Source: Pseudomonadota bacterium | GTDB lineage: Bacteria; Chloroflexota; UBA6077; JAJPGT01 | Assembly (NCBI GenBank): GCA_021325655.1 | Contig: JAJPGT010000020.1 | Span: forward strand, 1,590 to 65,589 | Length of the DNA stretch: 64,000 nt | Direction: 5' to 3' | The notes under the pieces: generated by a model | What the model saw: only the letters and a program-made list of their open reading frames with translations | What the model was told of the DNA's origin: nothing | Databases searched by the model: none | Shown: one piece after another, positions 1-9,693 of the stretch | How positions within the stretch are numbered: position 1 is the stretch's first letter | Layout of the letters: each line of letters starts with the position of its first letter | Translations under genes and position numbers: made by a program

Positions 1-299
1 AAGCCGGCGCCGAGCTCCAGCAGCGAGGAGACGGTGCCGCCGACGTGGGCGCGCCCGGAGGTTGGCTGCAGCACTCCGGCCAGGATCGACAGCAGGGTGG
101 ACTTGCCCGAGCCGTTCTGGCCGATGATGCCGAAGACGCTCCCGCGCGGCACCTCGAAGCTGACGTCCCGCAGCGCCTGGACCTCGGCGACCGCGGCCCG
201 GCGCCGGCCCAGCAGCAGCTCCAGCAGCCGCTCCGTCGGCGTCCGGTACAGCCGATAGGTTTTGCAGAGGTGCTCGGCGGCGATAATCGGGGTGGACAT
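1..299 (-). CDS. wzt: Polysaccharide ABC transporter ATP-binding subunit (N-terminal part; runs off the window edge)
   Basis: Manual translation from ATG 299 (not in ORF track): MSTPIIAAEHLCKTYRLY...ALRDVSFEVPRGSVFGIIGQNGSGKSTLL...SSLLELGAG. Walker A plus the Wzt/TagH LLELGAG motif; follows the permease. Confidence 0.9.
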   Translation of the reverse strand, partial: MSTPIIAAEHLCKTYRLYRTPTERLLELLLGRRRAAVAEVQALRDVSFEVPRGSVFGIIGQNGSGKSTLLSILAGVLQPTSGRAHVGGTVSSLLELGAG

Positions 300-301
300 G
301 G

Positions 302-1144
302 CTACAGCACGTCCGGGAAGCCGGGCCGCAGCCGGCCGAAGATCCACAGGCTCAGCGCCAGCAGCCCGGCCCCGACCAGGTAGGCCGCGAGCAGCGGGCT
401 GGGCGGGGGCAGCTCGCCGAGCAGCAGCACCGAGCGGTAGCCGCTCACCAGCCAGGCGAGCGGGTTGACCGCCAGCAGCCAGCGCAGGCGCTCCGGCACC
501 GCGCTCTCCGGGTAGAAGATGGGGGTGAGCAGGAACCAGCCGGTGAGCGCCAGCCCGACGAGCTGGGCCAGGTCGCGCAGGTACACCCCGAGCGCGGCGG
601 CCAGCACGTTCAGCCCGGCGGAGAGCAGGAGCTGGGGCAGCAGCAGCAGCGGTAGCAGCAGCGCCGTCCAGCTCAGCCGGTGCAGCAGCGCTGCCCCGAG
701 CACCACCAGCAGCAGCGCCGGGAGCTGTCCGACCAGCGCCGCCACGGTGAGCCCGAGTGGGAAGACGTGCGAGCGCACTGCCGTCTTTTTCACCAGGTTG
801 GCGTTGGCGACGATGGCGCTGGTGGCGCCGGAGAGGCTCTCGCTGAGCATGGTGAATGGGACGAGCCCACAGAACACGAACAGCGCGAAGTCGGCGGTGG
901 TGCCGCCGGCGAAGCGGACGTTCAGCACCCCGGAGAAGACGATCCCATAGATCAGCAGCAGCGCCAGCGGGTACAGCAGCGTCCAGAGCGCCCCGAACGT
1001 CGAGCCGCGATAGCGGGTCTCCAGCGTGCGCTGGGCCAGCGACCACACCAGCCAGCCCTCGCGTAGCAGTCCCTGGACGCTCGGCACAGTCGCGCTCCCC
1101 CGGGTCCACGGCAGTTGTCCGGCCGCGGGCCGCTTCGGGGCCAT
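302..1144 (-). CDS. wzm: Polysaccharide ABC transporter permease
   Basis: RYRGSTFGALWTLLYPL, YLRDL, LTPIFYP and NPLAW motifs of ABC-2/Wzm; hydrophobic helices; start placed at ATG 1144 (MAPKRP). Confidence 0.9.
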   Translation of the reverse strand: MAPKRPAAGQLPWTRGSATVPSVQGLLREGWLVWSLAQRTLETRYRGSTFGALWTLLYPLALLLIYGIVFSGVLNVRFAGGTTADFALFVFCGLVPFTMLSESLSGATSAIVANANLVKKTAVRSHVFPLGLTVAALVGQLPALLLVVLGAALLHRLSWTALLLPLLLLPQLLLSAGLNVLAAALGVYLRDLAQLVGLALTGWFLLTPIFYPESAVPERLRWLLAVNPLAWLVSGYRSVLLLGELPPPSPLLAAYLVGAGLLALSLWIFGRLRPGFPDVL

Positions 1145-1145
1145 T

Positions 1146-2834
1146 TTAGATGTAGCCGAGGTCCGCGAGCCGCTGCGCGACGGCCTCCTGCTCCTGCGGG
1201 GTGTACTCGTCGCTGCCACCGGCCTGGTCGGCGGCCTCACTGCCAGCCGGGACAGGCACGGCCGTCTCCGCCTTGGCCGGACCGAAGATCGGCGGCGCCG
1301 GGCGCGCCCGGGCCGACCGGTCGGCGATCAGCGCCACCGCCGCGCCCAGCTCCAGCGCCTCGCGCGCCGAGCGTGCGGTGACGATCGGGCGCTCCTCGAA
1401 CGGGTCGTCCAGCAGGTCGTACCGAGCCACCCGCGGCTGGCGGGCCACTGCCTCTGCCCCGCAGTGGAAGTCGGCGAGCTGCTGGCGGCTCAGCGCCCCG
1501 CGCTCCAGCAGCTTCGTCTCGCGGGCGAGCTGCGCCGGGGAGGGGCGATGCCCCCAGAGGGCGACGAAGAGCTGCTGGACGAACTCGCTATTTGACAGGT
1601 CCGGGCGGTTCGCCGCGAGCAGCCCCTCGAGCTGCCCGCGCACGACCACCTTGCAGGTCGGGGTGCGCAGCATGCGCTCTTTGGGATACCAGCGGCGAGC
1701 CGGCATCGGGAGCACGATCTCGTTCAGCCAGCTCGCGCCCTCCGGCGCTGCGCCGTCTGCCCGGCCCGCGTCGTCGGCGACCGTGTCGGCCGCCCACCAC
1801 TCGGCGTAACCCAGGCTGTCGCCCTCGCTGCGCTCCCGCCGCAGCAGCGGCCCCAGCGAGCGGCCCTCGAAACAGCCGTGGTCCACCAGGCCCGCCAGGT
1901 CCAGCAGGGTCGGGGCGACGTCCGCCAGCGAGACCTGCTGGTCGAGTCGGCCGGGCTGCGCCCGGCCGGGGGCGTAGAGCAGCAGCGGCACCCGCACCAC
2001 CTCCTCGATGAGCGGGCCCCAGTGCTCGAACTGCCCCTCCGCCTCGCCTTCGCCGTGGTCGGCCAGCAGCGCCAGCACGCCGTCCCGCAGTAGCCCCAGT
2101 TTGTCGAAGGCATCCAGGAAGCGAGCCAGCCGGCCGCGGTCGAACTTCTCAACCCCGCGCAGATAGTAGGGCAGGAACAGCGCTGCCGGCTTCTTGCCCC
2201 CTGGAAGCTGCTGCACCAGGTCGCGGAACAAGCGATGCGGCTCGGCCTGTCGGTTCAGCCCGCGAAGCTGGTACAGTTCGGCGATCTCGTCCACCATCTC
2301 CAGGAAGTCGTCCGCGTCGCCCGGCCCGAGCGGCCCCTCGGGCAGCAGGTAGGGATCGTGCACGTCGAACACGTGGACGAACGCCAGCGTCGGGCCGGTC
2401 CGCGCCGCCTCGCCTAGCGCCTGCAGGAAACGGTCGTCCTCGCCCGGGCCGAACGTCGCCTGGAAGCCCGCGAACAGCCCCAGCGGCTTGAACAGCTCGG
2501 GGGTATCGGTGATGGCCAGAGTGGTGTAGCCGGCGGCGCGCAGCAGGGTGGCGAGCGTGGGGGTGCCGGGAATCAGCCGTGTCTTGTAGAAGGCGCGGAC
2601 ACCGCTGGAGGGCGGGTACAGCCCGGTGAGCAGGCTGGCGTGGGCCGGGGTGGTGTAGCTGGCGACGCTGACCGCCTGGGTGAAGCAGGCCGCTCCGGCC
2701 GCCAGGCGGTCCAGGTTGGGGGTGCGGACCGCGTCGCCCAGCCCGTAGCGGTCCAGATAGCGACGGTCCGGCTGATAGCCCACGCAGTCGAAGCGCAGGG
2801 TGTCGACCGAGAATAGGACGATGCTCGGCGGCAT
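1146..2834 (-). CDS. Sulfatase-like hydrolase/transferase (alkaline phosphatase superfamily), Thr nucleophile
   Basis: SVDTLRFD, YTTPAHASLLTG, HVFDVHDPY, ADHGE, VRVPLL, DVAPTLLDL motifs and the C-terminal RLADLGY. Confidence 0.85.
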   Translation of the reverse strand: MPPSIVLFSVDTLRFDCVGYQPDRRYLDRYGLGDAVRTPNLDRLAAGAACFTQAVSVASYTTPAHASLLTGLYPPSSGVRAFYKTRLIPGTPTLATLLRAAGYTTLAITDTPELFKPLGLFAGFQATFGPGEDDRFLQALGEAARTGPTLAFVHVFDVHDPYLLPEGPLGPGDADDFLEMVDEIAELYQLRGLNRQAEPHRLFRDLVQQLPGGKKPAALFLPYYLRGVEKFDRGRLARFLDAFDKLGLLRDGVLALLADHGEGEAEGQFEHWGPLIEEVVRVPLLLYAPGRAQPGRLDQQVSLADVAPTLLDLAGLVDHGCFEGRSLGPLLRRERSEGDSLGYAEWWAADTVADDAGRADGAAPEGASWLNEIVLPMPARRWYPKERMLRTPTCKVVVRGQLEGLLAANRPDLSNSEFVQQLFVALWGHRPSPAQLARETKLLERGALSRQQLADFHCGAEAVARQPRVARYDLLDDPFEERPIVTARSAREALELGAAVALIADRSARARPAPPIFGPAKAETAVPVPAGSEAADQAGGSDEYTPQEQEAVAQRLADLGYI

Positions 2835-2856
2835 GGCGCTCTGGTGGCTCCTCCGC

Positions 2857-3954
2857 TCAGCCGCCCTGCGGCGCTGGCTGGCTGGCGCCGGGCGCCGCCA
2901 GCAGCGAGCGGCGCGTCCGGCGGGCGCTGCTCACGTACGTTGCCGCCTCCGGCTCGCCGGGGCGCGGCGCGCCGAGATCGATCTCTACCGCGTGGAACCC
3001 GGCGGCAAGCAGCAGCGCCCGGGTCCGGTCGGGGTGCAGTAGCCGCTTCGGAAGCCCTCCCAGGCTCAGCATCTCCCGCAGCGCGGCCAGCGAGGCCGGC
3101 TGGTACAGCTCCAGCACCAGGTGCCCGCCCTCGCGCACCACCCGGTGCGACTCCCGCAGCAGGTCGAACAGCGCCGCGTCGGAAAGCTGCTCCGGCAGGT
3201 GGCTGGAGACGACGCCATCCACCGATTCGTCACCGAGGGTGCGCAGGAACTGGACTGGATCAGCGTTGGCCACCGCGAAGCCCTGCTCGCGGCAGTACTG
3301 CGCCAGCGCCGGGTCCGGCTCCACCGCCTGCACCGCCAGCGTGCCACTGGCCGCGCGCAGGAAGTCGCCAAAGCCCGCCCCAAGCGCCACCACCCGGGCG
3401 CAGCCGCGCAGGTGCTCGAGCAGGCGCTGGGCGCGCGCTGCCGCCTGCTCGTCGGCCTCGTGGATCGCCGCCAGCGCGTGCACGGCCAGCGGCAGCTCCT
3501 GCGCCGGAGGCTCTGCCGCAGCAGGTCGGGCAGGAGCTAGCTGGCTCGCTGCCCGCAGCCGCCCGGCGAGCAGCATCAGCTCGCGCTGCCAGACGTTCGC
3601 GGCGCGCTGCATCCGCTCCAGCTCCGCCTCGAGGCGCTGCACCGCCTGCTGAGCCGCGTCCTGCCCCCGCTCCACCTCGGCCCGCGCCTCGGCAAGCTCG
3701 GCCCGCAGCGTCCGCAGCTCCTCGCGCTGCGCCGCGAGCGCCTCGCGCAGTTCGTGGATGCTGCGGACGATGTCGCCTTCGTCCGAAAGCACCCGCCAGA
3801 GCGACTGGAAATGCTGGTTGAAGCTGTCCGCCTGCGCCTTGAGCGTGTCGATCTCTTGGCGGAGCGATGCCGACTCTGCCCGCAGCAACACCGCTTCACT
3901 CTCCAGGGCGCGCAGCCGCTGTCTGCTCTCTGAGCCGAGGAATCCGCCGAGCAC
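2857..3954 (-). CDS. Coiled-coil + class I SAM methyltransferase, glycan-locus associated
   Basis: N-terminal heptad-rich stretch; C-terminal RVVALGAGFGDFL, SVDGVVSSHLPEQL, HRVVREGGHLVLE. Confidence 0.75.
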   Translation of the reverse strand: MLGGFLGSESRQRLRALESEAVLLRAESASLRQEIDTLKAQADSFNQHFQSLWRVLSDEGDIVRSIHELREALAAQREELRTLRAELAEARAEVERGQDAAQQAVQRLEAELERMQRAANVWQRELMLLAGRLRAASQLAPARPAAAEPPAQELPLAVHALAAIHEADEQAAARAQRLLEHLRGCARVVALGAGFGDFLRAASGTLAVQAVEPDPALAQYCREQGFAVANADPVQFLRTLGDESVDGVVSSHLPEQLSDAALFDLLRESHRVVREGGHLVLELYQPASLAALREMLSLGGLPKRLLHPDRTRALLLAAGFHAVEIDLGAPRPGEPEAATYVSSARRTRRSLLAAPGASQPAPQGG

Positions 3955-4188
3955 ACTGGCACCTCGCCGCGGTCCCCGCTCGGTCGCACAACGCCTGCAC
4001 GCTCGTTCCGTGCTCGGATGGCAGGCCAGCGCACGCTCCGAAGGACCGGTCCTGTCTGCCCACCCGCCCCGATCCTGGGATCGGGCACGGCTCCTGCCCT
4101 CCGCCGGCGGAAGTGTACACCATTATCTGGAGCACGGTTGCGGCGGGAGGTGGGCGGCGGGCGCAGCGTGCCTTAGAATGCTGCGCTC

Positions 4189-5574
4189 ATGCGTGTGCTG
4201 CACGTTACGCATGCCCTTGCCCCGGACTCGATCGGCGGCGTCGAACTGCACCTGCGCGACCTGCTCGCGCATCAGGCGCGCCGCCACGAGCTGCTGGTGC
4301 TCGCGCGCACAGGCGAGCCCTCGTCCCCGGACTACTCGGTCCGCGACGAGACACGAGACGGGCTGCCGACGCGGCTGGTGGTGAACACCTACGCCGCCGT
4401 CTGGCAGGCAGGCTTCGAGCGCACCTATCGCGACCCGGCGATCGAAGCGGTGCTGGCGCGGACACTGGAGGAGTTCCGGCCGGACGTGGTCCACCTGCAC
4501 CATCTGATCACGCTTTCCTGCGACCTGCCGGCGGTCGTCCGCCGCGCTGGCGTGCCCTGCGTGCTGACGCTGTACGACTACTGGCCGCTGTGCCACCGGG
4601 GCAACCTGGTGGACTGGCGAGGGCAGCAGTGCAGTGGCCCGGAGGACGCCAGGTGCGCCACCTGCGTCGCCGAGCAGCTCGTCTGCGCCGGCGCGGCGCC
4701 GCTCGGCGGCCGGCTGCTGGCGCGGGCGCGGACCCAGCCCTGGTTCGGCCGGGTCCGAGCGCTGGCCGCCCCGCTGGCCCGTGTGGCGCTCGGCCACGTC
4801 GCGCAGCGGGGCCCGGCCGAGATCGCCCGGCGCCAGGCGGCGCTCCGCCAGGGCGTGCTGGCGGCCGACCTCGTCCTCGCCCCGACTCGGGCGCTGCGCG
4901 CCTGGTACCTGGCTCACGGGTATCCGGCCGAGCGCATCACCCACAGCCCGCTCGGCCTGCCGCCGCTGGCGGCCTGTCCCCGCCGGGTGCGTGGCCCAGG
5001 CGAGGGCCCGCGGTTGGGCTACGTCGGCCGGCTCACGCCGATCAAAGGGCTGCACGTGCTGCTGGCCGCGCTGCGCCAGCTTCCGCCGCGGGGCTACACG
5101 CTGCGAGTGTTCGGCCGCTGGCACGACGACCCCACCTGGCCGAGCTACCGCCACGATCTCGAGCGCCTGGCCGCGGGGCTGCCGGTCCGCTTCGAAGGTC
5201 CCTTCCCCGCGGGCGGGATCGCCGACGTCTTTGCGGAGCTGGACCTGCTGGTGCTTCCCTCGGTCTGCCAGGAGAACGCGCCGCTGGTGATCCAGGAGGC
5301 GAAGCTGGCCGGCCTGCCGGTGCTGGGCTCGGACGTGAGCGGGCTGGCGGAGATCGTGACACCAGGGCGCGACGGCTGGCTGTTCCCGCTGGGTGACAGC
5401 GTCGCGCTCGCGGAGCGGCTGCGCGAGGTGATCGAGCAGCCGGCGCGGCTCGACGCGCTGTCGCCTGATGCCGCCAGCGTGCGCTCGCTGGACGACCAGG
5501 CGCGGGAGCTGGACGCTCACTACGCTCGGCTGGCCGGGCGGTGGGTGGCGCCGGCGCCGGTCGAGGGGTGTTAG
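4189..5574 (+). CDS. Glycosyltransferase family 4 (GT-B)
   Basis: MRVLHV...GGVE, FRPDVVHLHH, TLYDYWPLC, YVGRLTPIKG, ENAPLVIQEA (EX7E), SDVSGLAEIV. Confidence 0.9.
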   Translation: MRVLHVTHALAPDSIGGVELHLRDLLAHQARRHELLVLARTGEPSSPDYSVRDETRDGLPTRLVVNTYAAVWQAGFERTYRDPAIEAVLARTLEEFRPDVVHLHHLITLSCDLPAVVRRAGVPCVLTLYDYWPLCHRGNLVDWRGQQCSGPEDARCATCVAEQLVCAGAAPLGGRLLARARTQPWFGRVRALAAPLARVALGHVAQRGPAEIARRQAALRQGVLAADLVLAPTRALRAWYLAHGYPAERITHSPLGLPPLAACPRRVRGPGEGPRLGYVGRLTPIKGLHVLLAALRQLPPRGYTLRVFGRWHDDPTWPSYRHDLERLAAGLPVRFEGPFPAGGIADVFAELDLLVLPSVCQENAPLVIQEAKLAGLPVLGSDVSGLAEIVTPGRDGWLFPLGDSVALAERLREVIEQPARLDALSPDAASVRSLDDQARELDAHYARLAGRWVAPAPVEGC

Positions 5575-6575
5575 CCCAGCGCCGTCCCGGGCGCCAGAGG
5601 CTCGGCGCGGGCGAGCGCGCGCAGCGCCCGCCGCACTCCTTCCCGGAGTGGGACGCGCGGCTGCCAGCCGAGCGTGGCGCGGATGCGGCTAACGTCGGCA
5701 ACGAAGTCGCCAGTCTCCACCGCCAGCGCCAGCTCCGGCCAGGGCACCAGCTCCACCCGCCCCGCGCCCGCCTCCTCCACCACCAGGCGGGCGAAATCGA
5801 TCAGCGCGATGCCCTCGCCGCTCCCCACGTTGTACACCGCACCCTCGGAGGTGGCGGCCAGCCCGGCCAGCGCCAGCGCCTCGACCACGTCATCGATGTA
5901 GACGTAGTCGCGGATCTGGCGGCCGTCGCCGTAGACTGGCAGGCTCTGCCCTGCCGCCGCGAGCTGGATGAAGCGGTTGGCAACCCCAAAGTCGCGGCCG
6001 ACGGACGACAGGTGCGCCCCGAAGGGGATGGTGATACGCAGCACGGTGGTGGCGAGGCCAAAGACTCGGGCATAGTTCCGGTGGTGCAGCTCCGCCGCCA
6101 GCTTGTGGACGCCGTAGGGGTTGAGCGGCGCCAGCGGTGCGTCCTCCGGCACCGGGAGCCGCGTGGCGCGGCCGTACTGGAGCCGCGAGCCGGGGAACAC
6201 CACCCGGGCGGTCGGGGCGTGCAGCCGAGCCGCCTCCAGCACCGCCAGCGCCCCGATGACGTTCACCAGCGCGTCGATCGCCGGCTCACGGGTGGAGGCG
6301 ATGCTGCCGGAGCGGCCGGCGAGGTTGAAGATCACCTCCTGGCTGTGGACCGCCTGGACGATCGTGCTCGGCTCGCGCACGTCGCAGACGATCCGCCGCA
6401 CCCGCTCGGACGCTGGCAGCAGGTAGGGGAAGCTGTGCTCGGTCGTCGCCGCCAGCGTCAGCCGGGCACCGCACGCCGCCAGCGCTCGGCTCAGGTGCCG
6501 GCCCAAAAAACCGGCCGCGCCGAGGATCAGCACCGGCCGATCCTGGTACCAGCTCCGCCAGTCGAGCGCGCTCAT
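5571..6575 (-). CDS. NAD-dependent nucleotide-sugar epimerase/dehydratase (SDR)
   Basis: GAAGFLG, YGVHK (YxxxK), GDGRQIRDYVYIDD. Confidence 0.9.
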   Translation of the reverse strand: MSALDWRSWYQDRPVLILGAAGFLGRHLSRALAACGARLTLAATTEHSFPYLLPASERVRRIVCDVREPSTIVQAVHSQEVIFNLAGRSGSIASTREPAIDALVNVIGALAVLEAARLHAPTARVVFPGSRLQYGRATRLPVPEDAPLAPLNPYGVHKLAAELHHRNYARVFGLATTVLRITIPFGAHLSSVGRDFGVANRFIQLAAAGQSLPVYGDGRQIRDYVYIDDVVEALALAGLAATSEGAVYNVGSGEGIALIDFARLVVEEAGAGRVELVPWPELALAVETGDFVADVSRIRATLGWQPRVPLREGVRRALRALARAEPLAPGTALG

Positions 6576-7480
6576 ACCGCCGCGCGCTCGGCCAGCGCCG
6601 CCGCGAGCGTCTCCCGCAACGAGTCGACCAGGGCGCGGCTGGCCCGCCAGCCCATCTCCCGCTCGATCCGCCGCGGGTCGCCCCGCACCACTGCCACCTC
6701 CGGCCGCTCCGCCGTCTGGCCTTGCGCCTCGATCTCGACCGGACCGCCGTACAGCCGGCAGAGCATGTCGAGCACGGCGCGCATCGAGATGCTCTGGCCG
6801 GAGCAGACGTTGTACGCCCGGCCGGGCCGACCGCGCTCGGCCAGGGCGAGCAGCGCCGCGGCGGCGTCCCGCGCGTCCACGAAGTCCCGTTCGGCCTCCA
6901 GCCGGCCGACGCGCACCCGCCCCGCCGCGGCGAGCTGCGCCACGACCGCGCCGACGAACGTCGTCTCCGGCTCGCCAGGCCCGGTCACGTTGAACACGCG
7001 CGCCGCGACAACGGGCAGGCCGTGCAGGCGCTGCACCTGGAAGCCGAGCATCTCCGCCCAGCTCTTGGTCAGGCCATAGGGGCCGAGCGGGCGGAACGGC
7101 TGCTCCTCACGCACCGGCAGCTCCCCGGGCTCCAGCGCCCCGTATTGCGCCGCCGAGCCGACCAGCAGCACCCGCGGCGGCCGCTGCCAGCGCCGGCAGG
7201 CCTCCAGCAGCGCTTCGGTCGCCGCGACGTTGGCCTGGTAGAGCGCGGCCAGATCGCCGGTGCGCGCCGCGGCCAGGTGGATCACCAGGTCCGCCTCGTG
7301 CCCGGCGAGCGCCTCACGGGTGGCAGCCGCGTCGCGCAGGTCGACCACCAGGCTCGCCACCCCGGGCACGTGGCCTGGCCGGCGGCCCAGGCCGATGACC
7401 TCGTCGCCGCGCCTCAGCAGCAGCGCGGTGAGGTGGCGGCCGAGGAAGCCCTGATAGCCCGTTACCAGGACGCGCGCCAC
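6572..7480 (-). CDS. NAD-dependent epimerase/reductase, GDP-4-keto-6-deoxymannose reductase (Rmd)-like
   Basis: VTGYQGFLG, GSAAQYG, YGLTK, RVFNVTGPG, ERDFVDARD, YNVCSG. Confidence 0.8.
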   Translation of the reverse strand: MARVLVTGYQGFLGRHLTALLLRRGDEVIGLGRRPGHVPGVASLVVDLRDAAATREALAGHEADLVIHLAAARTGDLAALYQANVAATEALLEACRRWQRPPRVLLVGSAAQYGALEPGELPVREEQPFRPLGPYGLTKSWAEMLGFQVQRLHGLPVVAARVFNVTGPGEPETTFVGAVVAQLAAAGRVRVGRLEAERDFVDARDAAAALLALAERGRPGRAYNVCSGQSISMRAVLDMLCRLYGGPVEIEAQGQTAERPEVAVVRGDPRRIEREMGWRASRALVDSLRETLAAALAERAAV

Positions 7481-7503
7481 GCCGGGGCCTCCTGGCGCCG
7501 CAT

Positions 7504-8211
7504 CTATTCCGGCAGGAAGAGGTGGCGGTCACGCTCGAAGACGTCGACCGCCTGGCTGTAGTCGTCGTGCCGGCCGATATCCAGCCAGTGGCCGTCGAAC
7601 AGGTACGCCGCCACGCGCCGCTTCCGCCCCATCAGCCCGCGCATCAGGTCCGGCAGGTCCATGTGCTCGCCCGGCACCATTCCGGCGATCGCCTCAGGCT
7701 CCAGCACGTAGATGCCCGTGCTCACCGCCAGCTCCAGCGTCGGCTTCTCGTCATAGGCCGTCAGCGTCTGGCGCTCGTCGAGCGTCAGCACCCCGAAGTC
7801 AATGGTGTACCGCTTGCGGTAGACCCCGATCGTCGCGGCGGCGCCCTGGGCATGGTGGAAGCGCACCATGTCGCCGAAGTTCAGCGTCGTCAGGACGTCG
7901 CCATTCATCACCAGGAACGTCTCGTTCAGATCCGGGATCAGCGCCAGGGGGCCGGCGGTGCCGAGCGGCGTCTCTTCCAGCGAGTAGCTCACCCGGGCGC
8001 CGAGCCGCCGGCCGTCACCGATCACCGCCTGGATCAGGCTGGAGAGATAGCCGACCGCCAGGACGATGTCGTCGATCCCGTGGCCAACGAGCTGGCGGAT
8101 AACGACCTCCAGAATCGGCAGGTCCCCGATCGGCATCAAGGGCTTCGGCAGAATCGTCGTGTACGGCTGCAGCCGCGTCCCGCGGCCGCCAGCCAGGATC
8201 ACCGCGCGCAC
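7504..8211 (-). CDS. Sugar-phosphate nucleotidyltransferase
   Basis: LAGGRGTRLQPYT..LPKPL, EETPLGTAG, VMNGD, WLDIG. Confidence 0.92.
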   Translation of the reverse strand: MRAVILAGGRGTRLQPYTTILPKPLMPIGDLPILEVVIRQLVGHGIDDIVLAVGYLSSLIQAVIGDGRRLGARVSYSLEETPLGTAGPLALIPDLNETFLVMNGDVLTTLNFGDMVRFHHAQGAAATIGVYRKRYTIDFGVLTLDERQTLTAYDEKPTLELAVSTGIYVLEPEAIAGMVPGEHMDLPDLMRGLMGRKRRVAAYLFDGHWLDIGRHDDYSQAVDVFERDRHLFLPE

Positions 8212-8226
8212 CCCACCTCTGCCTTC

Positions 8227-9216
8227 CTAGACCGCGTACTGCTCCGGGCGGTAGCGGTGCGCCTCGGCCCGCACCCACTCGATCACGCGCTCCAGCCCCT
8301 GCTCGAACGGCACGGTCGGCCGCCAGCCCAGCACGCGCTCGGCGAGCGAGGCGTCTGCCACCAGCCGCTCCACCTCGCTGGTCGGGGGCCGCTGCCGCTC
8401 GGCCTGCACCTCGACCTGGAGCCGCTTCCCGAGCAGCCGCCCGACCAGCTCCACGACCTCGCCGACCGCGAGGTCGCGCCCGGTCCCCAGGTTCACCGTC
8501 AGTCCCACCGCGCCGGGCGCCTCCGCCGCGGCCAGCATCCCGGCCACGGTGTCCGTGACGTAGGTCCAGTCCCGCCGCGCCTCCAGGTTGCCCAGGCGGA
8601 CACGATCGCCGGCCAGCGCCTGGCTGACAATCGTCGGAATCACCGCCCGGGCGGACTGCCGCGGCCCGAAGGCGTTGAACGGCCGCACCAGCGCCACCGG
8701 CAGCCCGTAGGTCAGGTGAAACGCCTCGGCCAGCTTGTCCGCGCCGAGCTTGCTCGCAGCATAGGGCGACTGCACGTGTAGCGGGTGCGTCTCGTCCATC
8801 GGGACGCGGGTGGCGGTGCCATAGACCTCGCTGGAGGAGACGTGCACCAGCCGGGCGACGTCCTGATCGCGAGCGGCGAGCAGCACGTTCAGCGTCCCCA
8901 GGACGTTCGTCTCCACCACCTCGCGTGGGTGGCGGTAGGAGTAGGGGATGGCGATCAGCGCGCCGAGGTGGAACACCAGCTCCGCCCCGGCCATCGCCTG
9001 CCGCACCGCCTCGGCGTCGCGCAGGTCGCCCGCGACAATCTGGATCTCCCGCTGCAGCGCCGGCTCCAGCGCCGCCAGGAGCCCCACGTCGCCACGGGAG
9101 TTGTAGCGGACGAACGCGGTGACCGTCGCCCCATCATGAACCAGGCGCTCCACCAGGTGGCTACCAATGAACCCGCCGGCGCCAGTGACCAGCGCCCGGC
9201 GGCCCTGAACCGTCAT
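8227..9216 (-). CDS. NAD-dependent nucleotide-sugar 4,6-dehydratase/epimerase (LegB-like SDR)
   Basis: VTGAGGFIGSHL, ALIAIPYSY, SSSEVYGTA, QSPYAASK, RPFNAFGPRQSARAVIPTI; start at MTVQG. Confidence 0.88.
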   Translation of the reverse strand: MTVQGRRALVTGAGGFIGSHLVERLVHDGATVTAFVRYNSRGDVGLLAALEPALQREIQIVAGDLRDAEAVRQAMAGAELVFHLGALIAIPYSYRHPREVVETNVLGTLNVLLAARDQDVARLVHVSSSEVYGTATRVPMDETHPLHVQSPYAASKLGADKLAEAFHLTYGLPVALVRPFNAFGPRQSARAVIPTIVSQALAGDRVRLGNLEARRDWTYVTDTVAGMLAAAEAPGAVGLTVNLGTGRDLAVGEVVELVGRLLGKRLQVEVQAERQRPPTSEVERLVADASLAERVLGWRPTVPFEQGLERVIEWVRAEAHRYRPEQYAV

Positions 9217-9264
9217 GCTTCCCCGCACAGCGAACCCGCACCCCATTGGAGCGCGGCGGACAGC

Positions 9265-9270
9265 AGTATA
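9265..9270 (-). promoter_or_regulatory. Putative -10 element for the nucleotide-sugar operon
   Basis: TATACT on the minus strand ~50 nt upstream of the 9216 start; no clear -35. Confidence 0.4.
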
Positions 9271-9329
9271 GGTCTGGGCCCAGGCGCCCGGCTACACACG
9301 CGACAGGGAGGAAGGGCGCGCTGACCGGG

Positions 9330-9641
9330 CTACGACTCGTCGGGGGGCAGCGGGGCGGGGGCGCGGAAGTCGTCGCTCAAGCGGGAGACCATCTCCATGG
9401 TGCGCCAGGCCCCGTTGATCAGGCTCTCCGCCTCGGCCACGGCCAGCTCCCAGCGGCCGTCGCCGTCGCGGGCTAGCTCCCAGCAGCGGCTCTGGACATG
9501 CTGCCCGAGCTCGGCCGCCAGGCAGGCGAGCAGGAAGGTACCACCTCGGAAGTCCACCGTTTCGGACGAGGCGACGAGCTGATCGACCAGCCGCGCTGCC
9601 AGCGCGCGCGCCTGCGCTTCCAGAGCTTCCCGCCGTCCCAT
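9330..9641 (-). CDS. Small hypothetical protein
   Basis: ATG 9641 preceded by GGAGG; helical-looking 103-aa product with no recognised motif. Confidence 0.6.
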   Translation of the reverse strand: MGRREALEAQARALAARLVDQLVASSETVDFRGGTFLLACLAAELGQHVQSRCWELARDGDGRWELAVAEAESLINGAWRTMEMVSRLSDDFRAPAPLPPDES

Positions 9642-9693
9642 GCGCGCCTCCGTGGGGCATTGTGCCACAGTGGGCGGGCGTCGAGGGCCACGG

